Source of the DNA: Candidatus Latescibacterota bacterium
Lineage (GTDB): Bacteria > Latescibacterota > UBA2968
Direction of reading: 5' to 3'
NCBI GenBank assembly: GCA_965204375.1
Contig: OZ241986.1
Span: forward strand, 2,944,001-3,008,000
Length of the DNA: 64,000 nt
Part shown: one piece after another, positions 51,244-59,402 of the stretch
How positions within the stretch are numbered: position 1 is the stretch's first letter
How the letters are laid out: every line of letters starts with the position of its first letter
Translations under genes and position numbers: made by a program
Notes under the pieces: model-generated
What the model was told of the DNA's origin: nothing
What the model saw: only the letters and a program-made list of their open reading frames with translations
Database searches by the model: none

Positions 51244-51918
51244 TCACACCCCCTCATCCCTCACTACCTCTCCATCGAGCAGATGCACAATGCGTTTGCT
51301 ATAGCCCGCCCACTTTTCCGAATGCGTCACCTGCACAATCGTTGTCCCTTCTCCGTGTAACTTAGTGAACAAATCCATCACATGCTCGCCCTGCGTCGAA
51401 TTTAAATTTCCCGTGGGTTCATCAGCCAGAATCACGCGCGGTTTAATCACCACGGCGCGTGCGACACCCACGCGCTGTTGTTCACCGCCAGACAATTGGT
51501 GGGGAAACAAATCCTTCTTCTCTACCAGATCAAACTCATCCAGCATCGCATTCACCATCTCCTCGCGTTCATCGCTCTTCACCTTCTTGTATAACAACGG
51601 CGTCTCGATATTACCGTACACAGTCAGTTCGTCAATCAAATGATAGCTCTGAAACACAAAGCCGATATTGTTCTTGTGACAATCCGACCGCTCGCGCTCG
51701 CGCATCTTATGCACGGTTTCGCCATCAAACAAGTACTCCCCTCTATTTGACGAATCCAGCATCCCCATAATATGCAACAATGTAGATTTGCCCGAACCAG
51801 AAGGCCCCATAATAGATACAAACTCCCCAGACGAAATCTCCAGATCAATCCCCTGCAACACAACCGTACGAATAAAACGCGACGAATACCACTTTTGAAT
51901 ACCCGACATCTGAATCAT
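51244..51918 (-). CDS. ABC transporter ATP-binding protein (MacB/LolD-like), no adjacent permease
   Basis: GPSGSGKST, LSGGEQQR, LADEPTGNL. Confidence 0.92.
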   Translation of the reverse strand: MIQMSGIQKWYSSRFIRTVVLQGIDLEISSGEFVSIMGPSGSGKSTLLHIMGMLDSSNRGEYLFDGETVHKMRERERSDCHKNNIGFVFQSYHLIDELTVYGNIETPLLYKKVKSDEREEMVNAMLDEFDLVEKKDLFPHQLSGGEQQRVGVARAVVIKPRVILADEPTGNLNSTQGEHVMDLFTKLHGEGTTIVQVTHSEKWAGYSKRIVHLLDGEVVRDEGV

Positions 51919-51977
51919 CTCGAACCTCCTTTATAATCCACTTCTGAAAAACCGATCAAATTGTAACTCCCATCCTA

Positions 51978-51993
51978 TGCAATATCCGTGCCA
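51978..51993 (-). promoter_or_regulatory. Sigma-54 (-24/-12) promoter
   Basis: TGGCACG-GATA-TTGCA on the minus strand, 60 nt upstream of the ABC ATPase. Confidence 0.75.
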
Positions 51994-52054
51994 AAGTATT
52001 TATCTCATTATTTTTCAACCTGTTATAAAAAACGGCCAAATTTTACATTCCTAA

Positions 52055-52095
52055 AAGTGTTCGAAAATGATACACAAGTGTCCGAAAATGAACAC
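52055..52095. promoter_or_regulatory. Tandem enhancer-binding-protein-like sites
   Basis: AAGTGTTCGAAAATGATACAC / AAGTGTCCGAAAATGAACAC; each is a GTGT..ACAC dyad upstream of the sigma-54 site. Confidence 0.55.
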
Positions 52096-52105
52096 TTAAA
52101 ACCAA

Positions 52106-53002
52106 CTATACCTTCACCTTCAATGCACCCGGAACAACCTCAATCTTCGCGGGAATCTCACACATCGGTTCGCCATCCGCAAAAATCCACAGGGAATCAT
52201 CGGACTCAATCTGCAAAGTTCTCGTCTGCACAACGCGCACAGCAGAATGACCAATATGCACGCCGGAATACGCGCTCAAAAACATCCGCAAAACCGTCCA
52301 GCGCGAAACATCTGCCACAATACACACATCCAGCACCCCATCATCAACAATAGCATCAGGTGCAATTTTGATCCCACTCCCATAAAAAGGCGCATTCGCC
52401 GTTGCCGCCAGCAAAACACACCCTTCAAAAACGCCAAAATCTCCCCGCAGACGCACAAAAGAAGATCGATATCCAGATAGTGTTCGCAAAACTGTCAGCC
52501 CATAAGACACCGTTCCCCCCACCTCCAAAGCCCGCGTGAGAAAACCGGTCCCCTGATTCCGCATCCTTTGCGCCACCGCCGTATCGAAACCCAAACTTGC
52601 AACAGTCGCAAAAAATCGGTCACCAGCTTTCCCCAGATCAATCGCGCGATCCACCCCATGCACCAGCGTATTGACAACAGCCTTCACATCTCTGGACAAC
52701 CCCAATGCCCGCGCCAAATCATTCCCGCGACCACAGGGCACAACCCCCAAAACCGCATCTGAATTTGCGAGACCATTGACCACCTCATGCACTGTCCCAT
52801 CCCCCCCACACGCAGCAACCCGTCGCCCACCTCGCGCCAACACTTCCCGCGCTAACCGCTCGCAATCGCCCAGCGCCTCCGACACCATCAAATCGGCATT
52901 TACACCGCGCTCGCGCAATAAATCCGCAACCCGCTCACCCATGCGCCCTGCACGGCCACGCCCTGAAACCGGATTTGCAATAATTGTCCAGTGATTTGAC
53001 AT
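52106..53002 (-). CDS. YegS/DAGK-family lipid kinase
   Basis: NPVSG, GGDGTVHEVVNG, PCGRGNDLAR, YGSG, ADGE; start trimmed to MSNHW. Confidence 0.9.
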   Translation of the reverse strand: MSNHWTIIANPVSGRGRAGRMGERVADLLRERGVNADLMVSEALGDCERLAREVLARGGRRVAACGGDGTVHEVVNGLANSDAVLGVVPCGRGNDLARALGLSRDVKAVVNTLVHGVDRAIDLGKAGDRFFATVASLGFDTAVAQRMRNQGTGFLTRALEVGGTVSYGLTVLRTLSGYRSSFVRLRGDFGVFEGCVLLAATANAPFYGSGIKIAPDAIVDDGVLDVCIVADVSRWTVLRMFLSAYSGVHIGHSAVRVVQTRTLQIESDDSLWIFADGEPMCEIPAKIEVVPGALKVKV

Positions 53003-53072
53003 AAGATTAAAAAGAAAACTCACCTCGCAATGAGATGAGTGAAAGGTAAGTGAAATCGAATTTCTGAAGCAA

Positions 53073-53171
53073 CTACCTCGGTAACTTCCCCGGTAACTTC
53101 TCCGGTAATTTGAACTCAAGCGTCGTACCTTCGCCTTCTTGAATAAGAATTTCAAGGTCCGAAAATGTCAT
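53073..53171 (-). pseudogene. Collapsed AlbA_2/Schlafen-domain gene remnant
   Basis: MTFSDLEILIQEGEGTTLEFK, then out-of-frame 12-nt repeats encoding ITGEVTGEVTEV. Confidence 0.6.
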
Positions 53172-53180
53172 GCTCTCTCC

Positions 53181-54263
53181 TTAAATCCCGAACCTCTGCT
53201 TCAATCTTTGAATCCGATTAAAAGATTCGCAAATGCGATCTTCTTCAATAACGCCATCTGCTACCGCCTGTACAATGGCATTTTTTACATCGTACACCTG
53301 ATCAATATTGTATTCCCCAATCTGGTTGGCGAGCAGAATCATATCAACACCTGCTTTTACGGCTTCAACAACCGCCTCAGTCAACCCATACGCCTCGACA
53401 ATCGCCCCCATTTGCATATCATCGGAAATAACGACCCCATCAAAGCCCATCTCATATCGGAGAAGCTTCGTCACAATATCATGCGACAAAGTTGCCGGTC
53501 TTCCACTTTTATCGAGCTTCTGATTGACAATATGCGCCGTAAGAATCGGATCGTCATAGCCCCTCTGGATGAACTTTTGATACGGCAAAAGCTCTTTCGC
53601 GCGTCGGTATGTCTCCGTAACATCAGTAACACCCAGATGCGTATCGCCCGCCGCACTTCCGTGCCCGGGAAAGTGTTTCAGCGTCGGTATCATCTGCTGT
53701 TCTTGATGCGCCTTAATAAACGCATTGGCATGCGCTATCACATCCCCCGGAACATCGCTAAATGACCGTTCTATCGCGCCAATAGCCGGGCTTTTGGAAT
53801 CTATATTCACATCGACAACCGGAGCAAAATTCCAATTAATCCCCATCTCTTTCAATTCGCGCGCAAGGGCATCTGCCACTCTTTTTGTCTTATTCGGAGA
53901 CTGCCTGCCGAGTTCTTGAGCAGACGGCACAGAAATAGTAAAACCATACGCCTCTTTCAGCCGGTTGACATACCCACCTTCTGCGTCAACCGCAATAAAG
54001 TAGGGAGCTATACCCTGAAGCGCTGAGGTCAAAGCGCGAAGTTGACGCGGAGACGTAATATTCCGCACCATCTCACCTTTGCTCGACAAATCATAGTCAA
54101 AAAGCACAACCCCACCGGGTTGAATATCCCGCAGGAGCGCAGCAATATCCCCATCTAAAACATCGCCGCGAAAACCGATCATCAGCATCTGCCCCACGGC
54201 TTCCTCTAACGCGAGACAGTCCGCGCCCTCCCGAATCGAGATTTCATGATCATCGGGCGTCAC
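53181..54263 (-). CDS. GH3 beta-N-acetylhexosaminidase (NagZ-like)
   Basis: VDAEGG, NFAPVVD, KHFPGHGS..GDTH, SDDMQMGA; GTG start overlaps the SDR stop. Confidence 0.88.
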   Translation of the reverse strand: MTPDDHEISIREGADCLALEEAVGQMLMIGFRGDVLDGDIAALLRDIQPGGVVLFDYDLSSKGEMVRNITSPRQLRALTSALQGIAPYFIAVDAEGGYVNRLKEAYGFTISVPSAQELGRQSPNKTKRVADALARELKEMGINWNFAPVVDVNIDSKSPAIGAIERSFSDVPGDVIAHANAFIKAHQEQQMIPTLKHFPGHGSAAGDTHLGVTDVTETYRRAKELLPYQKFIQRGYDDPILTAHIVNQKLDKSGRPATLSHDIVTKLLRYEMGFDGVVISDDMQMGAIVEAYGLTEAVVEAVKAGVDMILLANQIGEYNIDQVYDVKNAIVQAVADGVIEEDRICESFNRIQRLKQRFGI

Positions 54264-55072
54264 ACCACATCCCCCAAACCCTGATCCCTCATCTTCCTCC
54301 TCACCAGCCACTCGATAATTTTAGGATGAATCAATTGCAGATAGGGCAATGCGCGGTGGTGCCAGGGAAGCACCAATTCGCGCTTCTGTTTTCGCATCGC
54401 TTTCAAAATTGCCACGCAACAATATTTAAGAGAAAGTGCCTCTTTGTTGTGCCGCTGTGAGGAATCGCCCAGTACTTCGCCATCCTTCCCAAAAGCGTGC
54501 CGCCTCAAATTTGTTCCCTGAAGCCAATGCGGCAAAACCGTCAACACATGCACATCTCCAACTTCCAGGCGCAGGGCGTTTAAAAAACCCAGCACCGCGT
54601 GCTTTGACGCGCCATATCCCGTGTGCAAAGGCACGCCAAACTTGCTCTGCAAAGATGCAATGGCCACAATCATACCCTTCGAAACTTTCAAATGTGGCAA
54701 TGCCGCATGCACGCAATAGACCAGACCGAGATAATTGGTCTCCATCAACTTGCGAAACACCTCCAAATCTTCTACCTCATCAAACCGCGCCCACATACTG
54801 ATCCCGGCATTGGCAATCAAATAATCGATGCGACCATAAGCAGCAACCGTCGCCTCAATCAATTGTTCGCAATCTTCGATCTTCGTAACATCCCCCACCA
54901 CTGTCACCACCTGTGCGCCCAAATCCCGACACTGCTCAGCCGTCTCGCCCAGCTTTTCCTCTCGCCGTGCAAATAATGTTAGGTGTGCGCCCTGTTTCGC
55001 CAATTCCAGAGCCAACGCAGCCCCAAGCCCCGAAGACGCGCCTGTAATAATCGCTACCTTATCCCTAAACAT
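54260..55072 (-). CDS. SDR oxidoreductase (DHRS7/DHRS7B-like)
   Basis: ITGASSGLG, ARR, ANAG, METNYLG, YGASKHA; start trimmed to MFRDK. Confidence 0.88.
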   Translation of the reverse strand: MFRDKVAIITGASSGLGAALALELAKQGAHLTLFARREEKLGETAEQCRDLGAQVVTVVGDVTKIEDCEQLIEATVAAYGRIDYLIANAGISMWARFDEVEDLEVFRKLMETNYLGLVYCVHAALPHLKVSKGMIVAIASLQSKFGVPLHTGYGASKHAVLGFLNALRLEVGDVHVLTVLPHWLQGTNLRRHAFGKDGEVLGDSSQRHNKEALSLKYCCVAILKAMRKQKRELVLPWHHRALPYLQLIHPKIIEWLVRRKMRDQGLGDVV

Positions 55073-55376
55073 CGCGCCACTCAAAATTGGTCCTTTCCAT
55101 TCTTTCAAGTGCCCGCTCAAAGCTGACGAGGCGGCGAATGAGACTGTTGTAGCGGGAATGTGTGTCTCCGGGATACATGGCACCAAGGGCCTTGTAGAGC
55201 GCGAGTTCCGGCTGGTCCGGCAACGCCACCTGGGGAATCTCCAAACCAGCAGCACGCAGACGTGTCGCACCAATAGCGACGAGCAAGGCTTCGACCGTCA
55301 TCTCACCGCGCTGCAACGCTTCAATGCCCGACATCACGAGATCTGCACCGGGCAGATTTTTTGGCACCCTATTCAT
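55065..55376 (-). CDS. Hypothetical protein (103 aa)
   Basis: LPGADLV..GI..L, ALLVAIG, PELALY, HSRYNSLIRRLVSFERAL; GGAGGAG RBS. Confidence 0.75.
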   Translation of the reverse strand: MNRVPKNLPGADLVMSGIEALQRGEMTVEALLVAIGATRLRAAGLEIPQVALPDQPELALYKALGAMYPGDTHSRYNSLIRRLVSFERALERMERTNFEWRDV

Positions 55377-55455
55377 TGCTCCTCCATCGCGTTCACCGCA
55401 TTCCGCACCTTCACGGTCGTTTCTCGCATGGTATCGGCGTTCCTCTCACTGTCAC

Positions 55456-57291
55456 TCAATCCGCAAACGCCCCATTGCCAATGGCAAAAATATTATTTGG
55501 ATCCATCGCCTTTTTCATTTGCCGCAACACTGCAATGCTATTTTCGCTTTGAATCTGCGGCAAAAATCCACTGCGGAGCTTGCCCACGCCGTGATGGTGT
55601 GACAAAGACCCGCCGTGGTCTAAAATCTCCTGTCGCAACTGGCGCTCAATCGCGTGATAAACGCCAACCGAATCCTCAAGCCCCTGCGCACAAAAACCCA
55701 TAGTAAAATAAATGCACACGCCCGTGTGATAGGTCTGCGTCACGCGATAAGCCAGAAAGGGCTTGCCCGGCACGCCGTATTCTTCACACAAAACAACCAA
55801 CTTCTTTTCCACCGCACCAATAACATCGTGAATATTAGTCCACGGCACAGAAGTTTCAAATGTCTCGCCCAAAATGTGAAACTGAGTGAAAAAATCGCGA
55901 ATATACGCAATCCCAAACGTCAACATATACCCTCGCTCGCCTCTGTGCGCCCCGCCCGAAATACCGCCGTATTTCTTCGCCAAACGGAAAATCGTCTTTG
56001 CCTGCTGCCGAACCTCGTCTTTTGTGCCCTCCATCACAATCGTACACGCCACCAACTGCTTTGGATCAAACCCCTTGATCTTAACCAAAAAAAATTGCTG
56101 AATATCCTGCTGCAGTTTCTTGAACCCTTTTGCCTCGGGCTTCAGCGCCTGCCCAAGTTGTAATTCCGTATTGTTCACCAGCCGAATACTCGCTGGAACT
56201 TGCCCCGTTGGCCGAAGTGCTTTTAAGTAACTTACACCTCGTTCAAATGACGGAAACACCAGCGAGCCAAACTCCTGTGCCTCGGGCTGTTTGTGGATCT
56301 TTATCGTCGCCCGGGTAATAATCCCCAAATTGCCCTCACTCCCAAACAAAAACGACCGGGGTTGCACACCTGTCGAATTGCGCGGCGTTGCATGGTGTGT
56401 CTCCACCTCCCCTGTTGGCGTCACAAGCGTGGCCTCTATCACAATATCCTCAATATTGCCATACCGATTCTTTTTCATACCGCTGGCATTGGTCGCAATC
56501 CATCCCCCCAGAGTTGAAAACTCCAGACTATCTGGATCGTGTCCCGACGTGTACCCCAACTCATTCAGCGCAATCTCCAATTGCTTACCCGAAATACCCG
56601 CCTGCACACACGCTTGAAAATTCTCTTCATCCACCTGCACAATGCGATTCATGCGACGCATATCCACCGACGCGACCATTCGCGTCTCCAAAGTCGGAAT
56701 TGCGAGCGCACCGCTCACATTCGTCCCGCCACCATAGGGCACCAGCACCACATTGTGTTCATTTGCAAGCTGAATAATAGCCTGAATATCTGTGTCTTCC
56801 TCCGGGAACAACACCACATCCACCAGGCGTTCGGGCGGCCGATGATACAAAATTTGATACACCTCATCCACACTCAACTGCCCGTGGCTATGCACCAGAC
56901 GCTCTGTGTCCTCTTGAGAAACCCCATCTTCATTGAGCGCATCGCGCACCGCCCTCAAAAATTCGTCATTTGCGACAGGCGCGGGCAAATCGCGATGCTC
57001 GACCTCTTGCCCCATATCTTCGGGACGGATCGGCACATCGAGCACCTCTTCGACAAAAGGCAAAAAATACGGCATCCGATAGCCACACAACGGATACCGC
57101 GTTCCCGTCACATGCACGGTCCTGTCATCGTCAAACTCAAACCGCGTATCCTCATACCCCCACTTGTGAGCAAACCGCTCGCCTTCTGCTGCTCCATCAG
57201 AAAAACGGCCTTTACTGGCAAAAGCGCGACGCCCTCGAACGAACAAAAATACCAGCGCCAGTAAAAATGCGACAACCATCAGTTCATTCAT
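55456..57291 (-). CDS. agpS: Alkyl-dihydroxyacetone-phosphate synthase (FAD-dependent), eukaryote-like
   Basis: HSHGQ, PYGGGT, GHDPDSLEFSTLGGWIATNASGMKKNRYGNIED, RGYMLTF.IAYIRD, ETFETSVPW, RVTQTY, GGSLSHHHGVGKLR. Confidence 0.92.
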   Translation of the reverse strand: MNELMVVAFLLALVFLFVRGRRAFASKGRFSDGAAEGERFAHKWGYEDTRFEFDDDRTVHVTGTRYPLCGYRMPYFLPFVEEVLDVPIRPEDMGQEVEHRDLPAPVANDEFLRAVRDALNEDGVSQEDTERLVHSHGQLSVDEVYQILYHRPPERLVDVVLFPEEDTDIQAIIQLANEHNVVLVPYGGGTNVSGALAIPTLETRMVASVDMRRMNRIVQVDEENFQACVQAGISGKQLEIALNELGYTSGHDPDSLEFSTLGGWIATNASGMKKNRYGNIEDIVIEATLVTPTGEVETHHATPRNSTGVQPRSFLFGSEGNLGIITRATIKIHKQPEAQEFGSLVFPSFERGVSYLKALRPTGQVPASIRLVNNTELQLGQALKPEAKGFKKLQQDIQQFFLVKIKGFDPKQLVACTIVMEGTKDEVRQQAKTIFRLAKKYGGISGGAHRGERGYMLTFGIAYIRDFFTQFHILGETFETSVPWTNIHDVIGAVEKKLVVLCEEYGVPGKPFLAYRVTQTYHTGVCIYFTMGFCAQGLEDSVGVYHAIERQLRQEILDHGGSLSHHHGVGKLRSGFLPQIQSENSIAVLRQMKKAMDPNNIFAIGNGAFAD

Positions 57292-57309
57292 TTCATACCT
57301 CGCAAAATG

Positions 57310-57453
57310 CGAATAGACGAATAGACGAATAGACGAACCCCGCCCAACCACCCAAAACCTCTGGATTGCGACTTAAAGCATGCCGCAATGACGATGGATG
57401 GGATTGATCGCTGATTTTTGACCACTGACCGTTGATTCGTTGATTCGTTGATT
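57310..57453. repeat. Inverted octamer arrays enclosing a REP-like palindrome
   Basis: (CGAATAGA)3 at 57310-57333, (CGTTGATT)3 at 57430-57453, REP-like unit at 57361-57392. Confidence 0.65.
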
Positions 57454-59393
57454 TAAGACTCTTCCGGATTCAACAACGTCGCAATATGCACCGCTTGAAA
57501 CAGCGCAGCAGCCTCGGACTGAATCCGCAGCGACCGTCTTTTGGGCAACAGGGTCGTCTCCCCCAGCATAGGCGGCGAGACCCACACATCGACCTGCCCC
57601 GGATTGATATTGATATTGCCCTTTGGACACTTGGGCCACAGCGCATGAAGCCCGCGGTACGCAATCGGCACAATCACCACATCCTGGGGCAACTGTGCAA
57701 ACACTCCGTGTTGAAGTGGAAATTGCTGAATCGCAAAAGCCGCGGTCGTCGCCATGGGATAAATAACGCCCGGTCGCTCTGTCAATGCCTGTGCCACGCG
57801 CTGTGTCGTATGGCCCGCAGCATGGGACCGCTCGAGCATCACATAGCCATCGACATTTTCCAGAATCTGATCAAAAACCTCAGACGTCATCCCAAACTGC
57901 GTGATCTGTTTCGATCCAATTTTAATACCCGAACGCGCCAGCCCCGTGCGCGCCAAAATCACACACGGTTCGGGTCTTTCCCATCCCATCGCATTCAAAA
58001 ATTCTCGAGACTGCAAAACCCTGTACAAAACGGGATGATCAAACAAACTCTGATGCGTTGGCAAAAAAATAAGACGCCGATCTTCCGCATCAGCTCCCAA
58101 ATCTCGTACAATAGCTTCAAAATGGGGATCGATATAAATATCGATGCGAATATCAAAAATATCCAGTGTGCGACGCCCCCAATCGAGCCAGGTGCGCCAT
58201 CCGGCTTCGCGACGACGAATGGGATCGGATTCTCTTTCCAACAATTTCTTTTTTTCTCGCCCCACCTTGAGTGAAGTCCCCATCCACCTCACAAAACGCA
58301 TCCCTCTCTGCAATTTCGAAAATTGCCCTCGACGCCCGACACTGGGATATTCCAAAAATCGCCCTCGCGCCGTATCTGCGAGCAAAGCGGGAATTTCTAC
58401 ACGCGAAATTTTTTGCCCAACGCGATCGATTTGCGCATTCACATCGCATATCAGCCTAACTGACAAATCAATCATATCCCGCGTTAAATAACTATATTCC
58501 TGCCCATACCAATACAGCCTGGGACGCAACCTGGTGGGATCTTCCTGATGCGCGTGCAAAAATTCAATCAACAGCGCCTTGATGTGCAACACATCATCAT
58601 CTATCCCAGCCAGATCCGCATCGTCGCGCAACTGCGCCAAAGCCACCTCTGCATCCACAATAACCTTCCACACCGACACGCCAAACCAGCCAAAATTCGT
58701 CAAATAATTATACCGCGTTGAGAGCAACCCCCCCGCGGCGATCAAATTGAGCGTGCGCTGTGCCACATCTTGCAACAAATCGCGCAAAGTGCCCTCAATC
58801 CGCTCGCTATCTCGTTCACAACTGTACTCCTCGGCCCAGTGTTCGTCCTCATCCGCCTCCACATTGTCGAGCGCCTCTGCAACGGCGCGGGCGTGCGACA
58901 TCGGCACCTGTGTAATATGCACCTGGGCCAATGCCTCTTCCACGGCTTCGGGCGCGTGCAACTCCGCCTGTGCCAGAGCCTTCAAATACAGGGATTGATA
59001 CAACCTCAAAAAGTCTTTCGCATCCCCGTGTCCGCGCTCAATAAATTGTCGTCTGAGTTGCAAATACATTCGGCTGCCCGTGTGATATTGCGGAAGCAAC
59101 GCCGCAAAAGGACGATACGCCTCGTCCAAACGATCATCGCGAACCTCCGGCAGACCTTGAAAAATCGCATCTACAAGCTGCACGCGAAATTGCAGTGCCT
59201 CCATATCCATCGCTCCGCTCTGACTTTTGGGCCAGACCACCGCATCTGCATCGAGGTCGTCAAAATAGCCATCGTGACGCACCGCTTCGAGCATAAGCTG
59301 AACCGATTGATCATAAATAGCCAACATCTGCTCCAGATCGTCGAGCAGCGCTTCGTGCAATGGGCGAGTATCCGATCTATCGCGTGAGGTCAT
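57453..59393 (-). CDS. Glycerolipid acyltransferase (HxxxxD) domain protein with a large unknown N-terminal region
   Basis: FLPTHQSLFDH, IYPMAT (block III-like), VIVPIAYRG. Confidence 0.7.
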   Translation of the reverse strand: MTSRDRSDTRPLHEALLDDLEQMLAIYDQSVQLMLEAVRHDGYFDDLDADAVVWPKSQSGAMDMEALQFRVQLVDAIFQGLPEVRDDRLDEAYRPFAALLPQYHTGSRMYLQLRRQFIERGHGDAKDFLRLYQSLYLKALAQAELHAPEAVEEALAQVHITQVPMSHARAVAEALDNVEADEDEHWAEEYSCERDSERIEGTLRDLLQDVAQRTLNLIAAGGLLSTRYNYLTNFGWFGVSVWKVIVDAEVALAQLRDDADLAGIDDDVLHIKALLIEFLHAHQEDPTRLRPRLYWYGQEYSYLTRDMIDLSVRLICDVNAQIDRVGQKISRVEIPALLADTARGRFLEYPSVGRRGQFSKLQRGMRFVRWMGTSLKVGREKKKLLERESDPIRRREAGWRTWLDWGRRTLDIFDIRIDIYIDPHFEAIVRDLGADAEDRRLIFLPTHQSLFDHPVLYRVLQSREFLNAMGWERPEPCVILARTGLARSGIKIGSKQITQFGMTSEVFDQILENVDGYVMLERSHAAGHTTQRVAQALTERPGVIYPMATTAAFAIQQFPLQHGVFAQLPQDVVIVPIAYRGLHALWPKCPKGNININPGQVDVWVSPPMLGETTLLPKRRSLRIQSEAAALFQAVHIATLLNPEES

Positions 59394-59402
59394 GAGAGAA
59401 AC

